Shown here: positions 29,256-39,498 of the stretch, piece after piece
Layout: every line of letters starts with the position of its first letter
Position numbering within the stretch: position 1 is the first letter of the stretch
Assembly (NCBI GenBank): GCA_964566505.1
Contig: CAZMIM010000001.1
Span: 65,140 to 129,139 of the forward strand
DNA from: an uncultured Candidatus Saccharibacteria bacterium
GTDB lineage: Bacteria; Patescibacteriota; Minisyncoccia; Phycocordibacterales; PCTT01
Reading direction: 5' to 3'
Length of the DNA: 64,000 nucleotides
The notes under the pieces: generated by a model
Database searches by the model: none
Told to the model about the DNA's origin: nothing
Seen by the model: the letters and a program-made list of their open reading frames with translations, nothing else
Made by a program: the position numbers and the translations under genes

Positions 29256-30221
29256 TTAGTTTTCCAGAGCAAGACCCACTATATGATCTACAAATTCATC
29301 TGCATTTGAACCCACAGCCTCAAGCCCTGTCATAAAAATGGATTTATTTCCCAAGTGAGGAAGTGCATTTGTCTCCAAAAGGTACACTCCGCGCTTTGGA
29401 GATATGATAAAGTCTGATTGCGAATAGTGCCTAAGCCCAAGTGCAACATGTGCAAGAAGTGAAAACTCCTGCACCTTTTTCTTTTCTTCAAGTGTTATAG
29501 ATGCTGGAACATTGTATGTGAGCTCATTTCTCCTCTCATAATCGAGAAATGCTTCACCTTTTGGAAGCGGTATCTCTACTGGTATAAGCGCATATAGCTC
29601 TTGGTCACGAAAATGCTCTATCACCCCACAAGACACCACTGTTCCCTGAATATATTCTTCAAGTAAAAGTTTGTCAGACCACCTAAATGCGCGCGTAAGA
29701 GCAGCTTCCAGTTCTGGGAAATCAAAAACCACTTCCACACCATGAGAAGCCATACCTGAAAGAGGTTTTATAATCATCGGCAAAGGCATTGAATAGAATA
29801 GATTCATTGCAATATTTGCTGGTGTATCATTTTTCTCTACAACCCTTGAGAAAGGAGTCTTTATGCCGTGTGCTTTGAAAAACTTTTTTGCAGCATGTTT
29901 ATTGAGTGACATCTGGCATGAAAAAGCTTCAGAGCCAGTGTATGGCACATGGTGTGCCTCAAATATCTTTTGAACTTCTCCACCCTCTCCATACTCACCA
30001 TGAAGCGCATTAAAAGCCACATCTATATCCCACAGAGCTTGCTCTGGGCGTACTCCTTTTCCATTTCGTATCCATCTACCCTCTCGGTCTATTAAGATGT
30101 CCTCAGGAGCTTCTGTGTCCTCGAGCTGCATCTTTACATAAGAACCAGTATCAAGAGAGAGGTCATACTCTTGCCCTGGACCTCCTCGTATTACACAAAT
30201 CTTATAAGGCTTTTTGCTCAT
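29256..30221 (-). CDS. ddl: D-alanine--D-alanine ligase family ATP-grasp protein (divergent)
   Basis: GG..QEYDLSL.TG, FNALHGEYGE, PYTGS, YLLETN.LP. Confidence 0.8.
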   Translation of the reverse strand: MSKKPYKICVIRGGPGQEYDLSLDTGSYVKMQLEDTEAPEDILIDREGRWIRNGKGVRPEQALWDIDVAFNALHGEYGEGGEVQKIFEAHHVPYTGSEAFSCQMSLNKHAAKKFFKAHGIKTPFSRVVEKNDTPANIAMNLFYSMPLPMIIKPLSGMASHGVEVVFDFPELEAALTRAFRWSDKLLLEEYIQGTVVSCGVIEHFRDQELYALIPVEIPLPKGEAFLDYERRNELTYNVPASITLEEKKKVQEFSLLAHVALGLRHYSQSDFIISPKRGVYLLETNALPHLGNKSIFMTGLEAVGSNADEFVDHIVGLALEN

Positions 30222-30247
30222 GAGCATATTGTATCACTTGAAGAGAT

Positions 30248-31459
30248 TTATTTTCTAAGTGTTTGTGAGCGTTTTTGTTGATGAAATGAAAGAGCAAAAC
30301 GGTGCGCCTCGTTGTTTACCATGAGTATTTCTTTTTCATATTCTTTTGTATTTTCTTTTTTGCCAAGAAGCTCTCGTGGCTGGTGCTTCTCATTTTTAAC
30401 CACAGAAACAACAGGTATTTGATACCCAAAAGAATCAATAACTTTTTCTGCTATATTTATCTGAGCCTTTCCTCCGTCTACAACAATAAGCCTTGGAAGT
30501 TGCCACTCGTCGTGTTTTAGCCTTCTCTCAAGTACTTCTTTGAGTGCAGCTGTATCGTTTGATGAAGATACACTTTTAATATTAAACTTTCTGTAATCAC
30601 TCTTTTTTAGGAAACCTCCCTCAAGCACTACCATCACACCCACCATGTCAGACCCACTTATATGAGCAACATCATACCCCTCGATGCGAATTGCTGAGTT
30701 TTCGTCTCGGTCACTGATAAGGGCGACATCATTTATATGCTCAAGCGCAAATATCTGACGCTTTATTTCTTCTGCTTTTTCAAAATCCTGCTTTTTGGCA
30801 TACTCTTTCATTTCTTTTTGAAGTAGTGTGAGTATCTTTTTCTTTTTGCCCTCAAAGAAAAGTTTTATGTTTCTTATAGTATTTGAATATTCCTTTTTAG
30901 ACACTGATTCGAAGTCGGGTACAATCCCAATCTCAATATTAAGTCGAGATTGTTTTTTCTTTGTTTTGGTTGTATCTTTTTTACCTTTGAAAGGGAAAAT
31001 CTTTCGTATAATTTTGAGCGCTATTTTTAGCGAACCACCTGAAGGATATGGGCCAAAAAGATATTTAAAGTCATCGGGGTCGTATGTAGTCTGGAGCTCC
31101 CCACCTCGCACAGTGAATACTCTTGGATATTCTTCTTTTGTAACTGCAACATAGTTAAAACTTTTTCCGTCTTTGTCTTTGCTGTTGTACGTAGGCTGAT
31201 ACTGCTTGATAAGGTTAGACTCCAAGATAAAAGCCTCCAGAACAGAGTCTGTCTGCGTTACCTCTATATCATCAGACTCCTCCACCATTTTCTCTATTAA
31301 AGGACTTCTTTTGATTCTGATATCTGGTGTGAAATAGCTTTGTACACGAGAGCGAAGCGATGTAGCTTTTCCAATATATAGAATATCTTTTCCACTCTTA
31401 AAATAGTACACCCCTGGTGCATCTGGTAGATTTTTGACTTTTTCTTTCTTGTATTGCAT
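30248..31459 (-). CDS. uvrC: Excinuclease ABC subunit C (short form)
   Basis: LPDAPGVY..YIGKA.SLR.RV, UVR coil, RIEGYD.AH, VDGGKAQ, EAHRFA. Confidence 0.9.
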   Translation of the reverse strand: MQYKKEKVKNLPDAPGVYYFKSGKDILYIGKATSLRSRVQSYFTPDIRIKRSPLIEKMVEESDDIEVTQTDSVLEAFILESNLIKQYQPTYNSKDKDGKSFNYVAVTKEEYPRVFTVRGGELQTTYDPDDFKYLFGPYPSGGSLKIALKIIRKIFPFKGKKDTTKTKKKQSRLNIEIGIVPDFESVSKKEYSNTIRNIKLFFEGKKKKILTLLQKEMKEYAKKQDFEKAEEIKRQIFALEHINDVALISDRDENSAIRIEGYDVAHISGSDMVGVMVVLEGGFLKKSDYRKFNIKSVSSSNDTAALKEVLERRLKHDEWQLPRLIVVDGGKAQINIAEKVIDSFGYQIPVVSVVKNEKHQPRELLGKKENTKEYEKEILMVNNEAHRFALSFHQQKRSQTLRK

Positions 31460-31525
31460 ATATACCTATGATAGTATCCTACATTAGACCCTTGCTCCAG
31501 TTCAAATAACGAAAAAGAGGAAAAC

Positions 31526-31933
31526 ATGAGTACACCTTCTTCCTTCACGGCAGAATCTGGCGACGGCTCAACCCATGCCGCAACACTCGCATGTGTGTCG
31601 GAGCTCTCTGATGTCATCAAAAACATCAACAAGACCGAGCATTTGCGACTGTGTGGTGCCACAAAGGCATTCTTCCAGAAAGTCCGAATCGCTTCTTCTG
31701 AAAAAGCGACTCTCGAAGATGTTGCAACGACATGCAATCAGTTGATTGCATTTTGTCCACTCCCTCCGAAACTTTCCAGTCAGTTTACCACGCTCCATCA
31801 AAGAGCTGCGGACAACCTTTTCAGAAAGGTCGGAGCGACCATGAGAGAAGAGAGTCCTGAAGAATCGGTTCGTGAAAACTGTCGCAAACTCATCGGGTTC
31901 GTGAAGGATCATTTCGTCAGGCAGGTAGCCTGA
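31526..31933 (+). CDS. Hypothetical helical protein inserted between uvrA and uvrC
   Basis: AGAGGA SD; bidirectional terminator at ~31954-31986. Confidence 0.6.
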   Translation: MSTPSSFTAESGDGSTHAATLACVSELSDVIKNINKTEHLRLCGATKAFFQKVRIASSEKATLEDVATTCNQLIAFCPLPPKLSSQFTTLHQRAADNLFRKVGATMREESPEESVRENCRKLIGFVKDHFVRQVA

Positions 31934-31987
31934 CATCCACCCTCTCTTTCCTTGGCGGTGCGTATTTTTATACGCACCGCCTTTTTG

Positions 31988-34591
31988 TTACTTCTTTTTC
32001 TTTCGAGACTTCGAAAGAATCTTTTTAAGATACGGCGCTGTAAACGAATCTTTAAAAGCTCCCGTCTTTGAAACCTCTTCTGGCGTACCTTTCGCCACCA
32101 CACGACCGCCATGCTCTCCACCTTCTGGCCCCATATCAATGATATAGTCTGCACACTTTATCAAATCAAGGTTGTGCTCAATCACCAAAACAGTGTTTCC
32201 CTGCTCAACAAGCTTTTGAAGAATCTCGATAAGCTTTTGTACATCTTCATAGTGAAGCCCTACAGTAGGCTCATCCAAAAGATAGATTGTCTTTTGTGTA
32301 TGTCTTCGGTATAGCTCTGATGAAATCTTTACACGCTGAGCCTCTCCACCCGATAGAGTCGTGGCAGACTGCCCAAGCTCTAGGTATCCAAGTCCCACAT
32401 CGTTGAGCGTCTGAAGTCTGTCGGCAATAGCTGGGATATCTCCAAAAAACTCAAGCGCTTCTTCTACTGTCATTTCAAGAACCTCAAAAATATTCTTCCC
32501 TTTGTATTTCACTTCAAGTGTTTCTTTAGTAAACCGCTTTCCATCACATACATCACAAGGCACATACACTGTTGGCAAAAAGTGCATCTCTACAGCCACC
32601 TCTCCTTTTCCTTGGCAGGCTTCGCATCGTCCTCCTTTTAGATTGAAACTAAATCGCCCCGGCTTCCATCCACGCACTTTTGCTTCTCCTGTCTCTGCAA
32701 ACAAGTCACGAATGTGGTTCCAAGCCCCTGTATATGTTGCTGGATTTGAGCGCGATGTACGACCAATAGGAGATTGGTCTATCAAAACTGAGCGTGAAAG
32801 ATATTCTGTTCCTGCAAATGATTTGCAATTAAACACCTTAGCGGAGCGGTATTTTCGGTCAAAACGTGCACGAAGGTTGTTGTATATAATCTCATATAGA
32901 AGTGAAGATTTTCCTGAGCCAGACACGCCAGTAATCACATTAAATCGCCCAAGAGGAATATCAAGATTAAGATTTTTGATATTGAAAGCTTTTCCTCCTC
33001 GAATCTTGAGCTCGCCTTTCTTTCTCTCTCGCCTGCTTGTCGGGGTCTCAATCTCTTTATTACCTCGAAGATAATCAAGCGTTACAGAACCTGATGGGTT
33101 TGTCTTTTGATCAAGAAGTTTTTGCAAATCATCAGCCACCACTATCTCTCCACCATGTACTCCAGCACCTGGCCCAATATCAATAATATAGTCTGCTGCA
33201 AAAATAGTGTCCTCGTCATGCTCTACCACTACAATAGTATTTCCCATATCACGAAGTGATGTGAGTGTTTTGATAAGTCTGTCGTTGTCTCTTTGGTGAA
33301 GACCAATAGTTGGCTCATCCAAAACATAAAGAGCACCCACAAGCTTAGATCCAAGCTGTGAAGCCAGACGAATACGCTGTGCCTCTCCTCCTGAAAGTGT
33401 ATTCGCGCGTCTATCGAGTGTGAGGTACTCAATACCCACATCCACCATAAACTTCAAACGATCTTCTATCTCTCGTAATATCACTTTTGCAATATCTTGC
33501 TGTTGCTCTGTAAGCTCTAGACTTCCTATTAGCTCATATGCATCAGATATTGAAAGCGCTGTGAAATCTACGATATTGTAGCGCTTGTTTTTATCACAAA
33601 GATATACAGAAAGCGCCTCTGGACGAAGCCTTTGTCCATTACACTCTGGACATGAATCATTTCCAAAGAAATGTTTTGTGCCAAGTCCATTACACTCTGG
33701 GCATGCTCCGTATGGTGAGTTGAATGAGAAAAGTCGTGGCTCTATTTCAGGAAAAGAGTACCCATCGTTTGGACATGTAAACTTTGAAGAAATAAGTGTT
33801 CCTATATCGTTTATCTTTTTCTCTGTCTTTCGCTTTTCATCTGAAAAGACATATCGCACAAGCCCATCAGCTTCATCTAGTGCTCGCTCTACTGCTTCTG
33901 AGAGTCGTTCCAAAGCAGACTGCTCGTCAGAGCGAAACTCTCCAAGATCAATACGATCTACCACTATATCTATTTCATGCTTTTTGGTTTTAGCAAGAAC
34001 AATCTGCTCTCGAAGCTTTTTGCGCTCACCATCAATCAATACCTCTGAGAATCCCTTTCCTAAAAGATCATATAGATATTGATAATACTCACCTTTTCGC
34101 CCGCGCACTACTGGCGCCATGATTTCAATATGCACAGCTGTTTTATGCTTTTTGGCTACTTCATCTAGGATAATATTCTTTATCTCATCGTGTGAAAGTC
34201 TGTGAATTGGAGTATCACATGTCAGACAATGTGGAGTACCCACTCGGGCATATAGAATACGCAAATAGTCATATATCTCTGTAATAGTCGCCACAGTAGA
34301 GCGGGGGTTGTTTGAGCGTGATTTTTGGTCAATAGAAATAGCAGGAGAAAGACCTATAATCTCATCTACATCAGGCTTTTGCATTTGATTTAAGAACTGT
34401 CGTGCATATGCAGAAAGTGACTCTACATACCGACGCTGTCCTTCTGCAAAAATAGTATCAAATGCCAAAGAAGACTTTCCAGACCCAGATAGTCCTGTAA
34501 ATACAATCATCTTATTTCGAGGCATTTCTACAGTTACATTTTTTAGGTTATGTGTTCGTGCCCCTTTTACTATAATCTTGTCTTCTGCCAT
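31988..34591 (-). CDS. uvrA: Excinuclease ABC subunit A
   Basis: Two ABC domains ([26 protein letters not shown]); start MAEDK at 34591. Confidence 0.97.
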   Translation of the reverse strand: MAEDKIIVKGARTHNLKNVTVEMPRNKMIVFTGLSGSGKSSLAFDTIFAEGQRRYVESLSAYARQFLNQMQKPDVDEIIGLSPAISIDQKSRSNNPRSTVATITEIYDYLRILYARVGTPHCLTCDTPIHRLSHDEIKNIILDEVAKKHKTAVHIEIMAPVVRGRKGEYYQYLYDLLGKGFSEVLIDGERKKLREQIVLAKTKKHEIDIVVDRIDLGEFRSDEQSALERLSEAVERALDEADGLVRYVFSDEKRKTEKKINDIGTLISSKFTCPNDGYSFPEIEPRLFSFNSPYGACPECNGLGTKHFFGNDSCPECNGQRLRPEALSVYLCDKNKRYNIVDFTALSISDAYELIGSLELTEQQQDIAKVILREIEDRLKFMVDVGIEYLTLDRRANTLSGGEAQRIRLASQLGSKLVGALYVLDEPTIGLHQRDNDRLIKTLTSLRDMGNTIVVVEHDEDTIFAADYIIDIGPGAGVHGGEIVVADDLQKLLDQKTNPSGSVTLDYLRGNKEIETPTSRRERKKGELKIRGGKAFNIKNLNLDIPLGRFNVITGVSGSGKSSLLYEIIYNNLRARFDRKYRSAKVFNCKSFAGTEYLSRSVLIDQSPIGRTSRSNPATYTGAWNHIRDLFAETGEAKVRGWKPGRFSFNLKGGRCEACQGKGEVAVEMHFLPTVYVPCDVCDGKRFTKETLEVKYKGKNIFEVLEMTVEEALEFFGDIPAIADRLQTLNDVGLGYLELGQSATTLSGGEAQRVKISSELYRRHTQKTIYLLDEPTVGLHYEDVQKLIEILQKLVEQGNTVLVIEHNLDLIKCADYIIDMGPEGGEHGGRVVAKGTPEEVSKTGAFKDSFTAPYLKKILSKSRKKKK

Positions 34592-34592
34592 A

Positions 34593-34790
34593 TTATTTTT
34601 CTTTTTTGAACTCCTGATACTTTGAGCACCACGGACAATAAAAGCCACAATTTCTTGAGCTGTCGCCTGGTTTATCTTTGTCTTTTCCCTTTTCAGGATC
34701 ACCAATAGACCACCATCGTTTGCAGAAATAGCATTGATAATGGTGTAGCTGTTCTATGTATTCTTTTCCTTTTCGGTGATCTTCTTTCAT
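34593..34790 (-). CDS. Small CxxC...CxxC zinc-finger protein
   Basis: QCYFCKRWW...YCPWC; abuts the uvrA start. Confidence 0.7.
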   Translation of the reverse strand: MKEDHRKGKEYIEQLHHYQCYFCKRWWSIGDPEKGKDKDKPGDSSRNCGFYCPWCSKYQEFKKEK

Positions 34791-34935
34791 CCCGTTAGTA
34801 AAAAATTAGTTTGATTAATTAAACAAACTAGTTTTAACACAATAAAATCTCTATATTCTGAATCTTTGAATAGGTGTAATTAATCTATGTTGAAGTAGTA
34901 AGCACTACTTCAACGAACTAATTTATACTACGGGA
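34790..34935. mobile_element. 146-bp MITE-like element
   Basis: Terminal IRs TCCCGTTAGTA.../...TACTACGGGA, flanked by a TTCA direct repeat (34786-34789, 34936-34939). Confidence 0.65.
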
Positions 34936-35000
34936 TTCATCATATATACACAAAGCCCCTGCGTGGTGGCAGAGGTGTATTGTATTGTTTGTCTATACTA

Positions 35001-37034
35001 CTACGCGTCTTTCTCCTTGTCCATTCTAGACTGAAGCTCCTTTATTTCATCACGAATAATGGCAGCAGTCTCAAAATCAAGCTCTTTTACAGCCTCATTC
35101 ATTTGCTTTTCCTTTTCTTTGATAAACTTCTTTGGATTCTTTTGATACAACTCCATATCAACATTAAGAAGTGTATTTACTGCTTTGTCGTGGTCTGTAT
35201 GAAGTTGATCAGTAATATCTTTGATTTGTTTTTTGATGGTTTGTGGAGTAATCCCGTGCTTTTCATTGTATGCAAGCTGAATCTCACGCCTACGATTTGT
35301 CTCTTCTATAGCGCGAGTCATTGAGCCGGTCATATTGTCGGCATATAGAATTACTCGCCCGTTCACATTTCGTGCCGCACGCCCAATGGTCTGGATAAGA
35401 GATGTCTCGCTTCTCAAAAATCCTTCCTTGTCAGCATCCAAAATACCAATAAGCTCCACCTCTGGCATATCAAGACCTTCACGCAAAAGGTTCACACCCA
35501 CCAACACATCAAACTCACCTCTGCGGAAGTTTGTAATAATCTCAATACGCTCAATAGTTTTAATCTCTGAGTGAAGATACTCTGTTTTAAGCCCCTTTTC
35601 CTTTAGATAGTCAGTGAGGTCTTCTGCCATTCGTTTTGTAAGCGTTGTCGCAATCACACGACCGCCCCTGTCTACTACTTTTTGTGTCTCATCAATAAAG
35701 TCATGTACTTGGCTCTTGTTATCATCATCTTCTTTAATAGGTCGCACATCAATCTCTGGGTCCACCAAACCTGTTGGGCGAATAATCTGCTCTACAATAT
35801 TTTCTTTTGTACTCACCTCAAGCTCATAGTCTCCTGGTGTAGCAGATGTAAATAGAAGCTGTCCTACTCTCTCATCAAACTCTTCAAAACGAAGAGGCCT
35901 ATTGTCTTTTGCAGATGGAAGGCGAAAACCATGTTCTACTAAAGTTTCCTTTCTTGAAGCATCACCTGCATGCATACCACGAAGCTGTGGTAGTGTTACG
36001 TGCGACTCATCTACAACTGTGAGAAAGGCTGGGCTTCCATCTGGGTTGTGTGGAAAATATGAAAGAAGAGTGTCGGGAGCCTCACCAGGAGCCTTGCCTG
36101 AGAAATGTCTTGAGTAGTTTTCGATACCGTTTGTATATCCAACTTCTCGAATAAGAGCCATGTCGTATTGTGTACGCCGTCTTAGTCGCTCTGCCTCAAG
36201 CATTTTCCCTTCTGACTCAAGAACCTTTAGTCTCTCATCAAGTTCGTCTTTTATTGTGGTAAGTGCTCGCTCTATATCTTCTTTTGCGGTAACAAAGTGC
36301 TTTGCAGGGAAAAGAAAGAATACATCCACATCAGATAGCTTCGCCTGACTCACTGCGTCCACTTTTGTAATATGCTCTATAACACCACCCTCAATGTCTA
36401 TACGGTAAATAACTTTTTCGTTTACGGGCATTATCTCAACACTGTTCCCAATAGCACGAAATGTTCCTGGTGTAAGGTCTGTGGTAGTGCGAGCAAAATA
36501 CATCCCTACTAACAAACGCAAAAAATCTCCTCTGGATATTTTTTGCCCCACCTCAATACGCATATTTTTCTTTTCATACTCATCTGGTGAACCAAGTCCA
36601 TAAATACATGACACAGACGCAACAATAATCACATCATCGCGCGTTAAGAGTGCTTGTGTCGATGCGTGCCGTAGCCTATCGATCTCTGCATTGATTTGTG
36701 CCTCTTTTTCAATATATGTATCAGTTACAGGTTTGTATGCTTCTGGTTGATAGTAGTCATAGTAAGAAACAAAGTAGTGTACAGCGTTGTCTGGGAAAAA
36801 TTCTCTATACTCTTGTGCAAGCTGTGCCGCGAGTGTTTTGTTGTGTGCAATCACAAGCGTTGGCTTACCAGTCTTTTCAATTACATTTGCAACTGTAAAA
36901 GTCTTTCCTGACCCTGTTACACCCAAAAGAGTCTGGTGTCTGTTGCCAGATTCTATTCTCTCTACCAGCTCCTTGATAGCCTTCGGTTGGTCACCTGCTG
37001 GTTTGAATTCACTGTTGAGTTTAAACTTCGCCAT
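35001..37034 (-). CDS. uvrB: Excinuclease ABC subunit B
   Basis: GDQP, GVTGSGKT, YYDYYQPEAY, DESH, QTIGRAARN. Confidence 0.97.
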   Translation of the reverse strand: MAKFKLNSEFKPAGDQPKAIKELVERIESGNRHQTLLGVTGSGKTFTVANVIEKTGKPTLVIAHNKTLAAQLAQEYREFFPDNAVHYFVSYYDYYQPEAYKPVTDTYIEKEAQINAEIDRLRHASTQALLTRDDVIIVASVSCIYGLGSPDEYEKKNMRIEVGQKISRGDFLRLLVGMYFARTTTDLTPGTFRAIGNSVEIMPVNEKVIYRIDIEGGVIEHITKVDAVSQAKLSDVDVFFLFPAKHFVTAKEDIERALTTIKDELDERLKVLESEGKMLEAERLRRRTQYDMALIREVGYTNGIENYSRHFSGKAPGEAPDTLLSYFPHNPDGSPAFLTVVDESHVTLPQLRGMHAGDASRKETLVEHGFRLPSAKDNRPLRFEEFDERVGQLLFTSATPGDYELEVSTKENIVEQIIRPTGLVDPEIDVRPIKEDDDNKSQVHDFIDETQKVVDRGGRVIATTLTKRMAEDLTDYLKEKGLKTEYLHSEIKTIERIEIITNFRRGEFDVLVGVNLLREGLDMPEVELIGILDADKEGFLRSETSLIQTIGRAARNVNGRVILYADNMTGSMTRAIEETNRRREIQLAYNEKHGITPQTIKKQIKDITDQLHTDHDKAVNTLLNVDMELYQKNPKKFIKEKEKQMNEAVKELDFETAAIIRDEIKELQSRMDKEKDA

Positions 37035-38220
37035 AATATGCTTTTAGAGTTTTTTCTTTGAACTCTTCGTATGTATCAGAAATAATAGCTTCTCTGATAT
37101 CTTTTACCAAATTAACTGCAAAAGAAAGATTGTTTTGTGTAGCAAGTGTTGATGCAAGTATCTCTTTTGCTTTAAAGAGGTGATGTAGGTACGCCCTTGT
37201 GTATGTGGTGCCCTCAAAAACTTTATTCCACTGTGAAAGTGGCGTGAAATCATCTCGATATTGTGCATTTAAAATATTTATACGACCCTCTGGTGTATAG
37301 AGTGTCCCATTTCGTGCCATTCTGGTAGGTGCAACACAATCAAATGTATCGCATCCATTCTCTACACCCACAAAGAAGTCAATTGGCTCACTCCCAATAC
37401 CAAGAAGATGTCTAGGTTTTTCTTCTGGTAAAAGAGTATTTACACTCACAAGTGCTTGATCAAGATCCTCTTTTGTAAATGAGCCCCCAATCCCAAAGCC
37501 ATCAAAATCCAACTCAGCAATAGTGCGAGCAGACTCTTCACGCATTTCTTTGCTATTGCCACCTTGTACTACACCAAAAAGTGCTTGTTTTGGACTTTCT
37601 CCACGTAGCGCTTTGTGTGCATCAAGACTTCGAACAGCCCAGCAGTGTGTGCGCTCCATAGCTTCATGAATATATTCAGGTGAATCATTTGGAGATGTAC
37701 ACTCATCAAATGCAAAAATAATATCTGCACCAAGATTGTACTGAATACGCATTGAATCCTCGGGTGTAATAAGGTGCATGCTCCCGTCTATGTACGACTT
37801 GAACTCTGCACCCTCTTCTGTGATTTTTGCGCGTTGTGATTCATCGGTTTCTGGTAGCTCACTCTCGGCTATTTTCCCAAACTTACTAATTCCCTTTCCT
37901 AGACCTGAGCCAAGAGAAAACACCTGAAATCCTCCTGAGTCTGTAAATATAGGCCCGTCCCAATTCATAAATGTATGCAGACCACCCGCTTTCTTTACCA
38001 TTTCATCACCCGGCTGAAGATAAAGATGATATGTGTTTGCAAGTACTGCTTCTGCCCCAAGTGCCTCCACACTCTCTGGAAGCAAGGCTTTAACGGTTGC
38101 TTTTGTTCCCACAGGAATAAAAGCCGGAGTATGAATCTCTCCGTGTGCTGTTTTCAAAACACCAGCTCGTCCGAGCTGGTGTTTCATCTTTTTTTCTATC
38201 GTAAAATCGATAGCGCTCAT
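37021..38220 (-). CDS. tgt: tRNA-guanine transglycosylase
   Basis: NTYHL, TDSGGFQ, FDECT, VQGG, FDCVAPTR. Confidence 0.95.
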   Translation of the reverse strand: MSAIDFTIEKKMKHQLGRAGVLKTAHGEIHTPAFIPVGTKATVKALLPESVEALGAEAVLANTYHLYLQPGDEMVKKAGGLHTFMNWDGPIFTDSGGFQVFSLGSGLGKGISKFGKIAESELPETDESQRAKITEEGAEFKSYIDGSMHLITPEDSMRIQYNLGADIIFAFDECTSPNDSPEYIHEAMERTHCWAVRSLDAHKALRGESPKQALFGVVQGGNSKEMREESARTIAELDFDGFGIGGSFTKEDLDQALVSVNTLLPEEKPRHLLGIGSEPIDFFVGVENGCDTFDCVAPTRMARNGTLYTPEGRINILNAQYRDDFTPLSQWNKVFEGTTYTRAYLHHLFKAKEILASTLATQNNLSFAVNLVKDIREAIISDTYEEFKEKTLKAYYGEV

Positions 38221-38257
38221 AGCCTTGAGAGTACCAAATCTGAGTGGTAATACAAGA

Positions 38258-38800
38258 TTATGCTTCGTCTTCTTCGTCGGTTGCGTCGCCCCCCTCTACT
38301 GCTGGTTGCTCAACTGAGATAAGCTCTACTTGGAATGTAAGTGTTGCGTTTGGTGGGATTGGCCCAATACCGTTCTCTCCATATGCAAACTCTGGAGCAA
38401 GTACAAGTGTTCGCTCTCCTCCCGCCTTCATTCCTCGAAGACCAAGATCGAATCCGTCTATTACTTCTCCTGAACCTACTGTAAATGAGAATTCTGCTCC
38501 TCGAGCTCGTGATTCATCAAATACTGTTCCGTCCTCTAGCATTCCAACGTAGTGAAGTGATACTACAGATCCTTCTGTAACCTCATCTCCCTCGCCTTCT
38601 ACTGTGTCAGACATCATTATTCCTCCATCAAAAAGCTCTTGCATTTCCATGTTTGTATCAAAATCAAGTGCTGACGCACCTTGTGATATTCCTAGTTGTG
38701 CAAAGAAACCACCAAATGCACCACCTGAAGCAAGCAATACACCTACAACAACAAACGCTGCAGCAACGGCAATTCCTTGATGTAATTTCTCTCGTTCCAT
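38258..38800 (-). CDS. Membrane-anchored FKBP-type peptidyl-prolyl isomerase
   Basis: HYVG.LEDGTVFD.S, GMKAGGER, AYG..G..PIPPNATL.F.VEL. Confidence 0.92.
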   Translation of the reverse strand: MEREKLHQGIAVAAAFVVVGVLLASGGAFGGFFAQLGISQGASALDFDTNMEMQELFDGGIMMSDTVEGEGDEVTEGSVVSLHYVGMLEDGTVFDESRARGAEFSFTVGSGEVIDGFDLGLRGMKAGGERTLVLAPEFAYGENGIGPIPPNATLTFQVELISVEQPAVEGGDATDEEDEA

Positions 38801-38871
38801 AATAAAAGTGTTTAATTTATAACTAATGTTATTGTACAACGCAAAAGCATATAAGCAAAAACCCTCTGGGG

Positions 38872-38942
38872 AAAAGAAAAAGACCGCCGAAGCGGTCCTT
38901 TTCAAGTGTACCTCTCAGATGTCCGGGGACATCAAGTTGTAC
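38872..38942 (-). ncRNA. Putative ~70-nt small RNA, copy B
   Basis: Promoter TTGACA(38977-38972)-16 nt-TATACT(38955-38950); hairpin GAUGUC-CCCG-GACAUC; terminator GACCGC-UUCG-GCGGUC-U-tract. Confidence 0.65.
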
Positions 38943-39035
38943 AAGGGTTAGTATATAGATACTTAAAATAATGTCAAACCCTTATTTTCAAAAGACAACA
39001 TTCTTTATAAAAAGTCAAAATTTCTTCAGAAAATG

Positions 39036-39102
39036 AAAAACGCCACGAAAGTGACGTTTTTCAGTGTATTCCCCAGATGTCCGAAGACAACAAGGAATAC
39101 AC
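39036..39102 (-). ncRNA. Putative ~70-nt small RNA, copy A
   Basis: Promoter TTGACA(39135-39130)-17 nt-TAAATT(39112-39107); long stem capped by C(UUCG)G; terminator ACGUCAC-UUUC-GUGGCGU-UUUU. Confidence 0.65.
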
Positions 39103-39193
39103 TGACAATTTATCAAAAGCCTATTCCCCTGTCAAGCAAAATATAAAAAACGCACCACGAGGACTTACAGGGCCCAAGTGGTGCGCGATTCCG

Positions 39194-39403
39194 TTACGCA
39201 CGTCGGCACCGGCTCGAAAGCCACTGCTGTCGTATGCGCCACGGGGTTTGCGCTCGGAGCTCCTTACGAAGCTGGCGCATATCCGTCGCACGCTGGTCAT
39301 GAAGAGTCTTCAAACGACTCGGCGTAGTTTGAAGAACTCCGGTTACTCCCTCAGCACCGTGACTAGAGCGAGACGGACGGTCGGTTTGGATTACGGCCTT
39401 CAT
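39194..39403 (-). CDS. 69-aa hypothetical ORF, or a structured RNA, in its own transcription unit
   Basis: Promoter TTGACA(39484-39479)-17 nt-TATTAT(39461-39456); terminator at ~39145-39186. Confidence 0.4.
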   Translation of the reverse strand: MKAVIQTDRPSRSSHGAEGVTGVLQTTPSRLKTLHDQRATDMRQLRKELRAQTPWRIRQQWLSSRCRRA

Positions 39404-39498
39404 TATCTTAGGTTTGTTACCTTAAAGAAAAACGAAGGCGATTTGTCCAATATTAATAATATCATGTTTACTTGATTTTGTCAATTTATAAAAATACA

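Noticed and set aside
31568-31936. 122-aa minus-strand ORF
   Set aside because: Antisense to the SD-led plus-strand ORF 31526-31933 and starts just past the uvrA terminator
38870-39140. 158-bp duplication as a mini-CRISPR array or tRNA genes
   Set aside because: Only two divergent units, each with its own promoter and terminator; no cloverleaf or T-loop
39077-39475. 132-aa plus-strand ORF
   Set aside because: Crosses minus-strand promoters and terminators, has no SD and no motif; probably a shadow ORF
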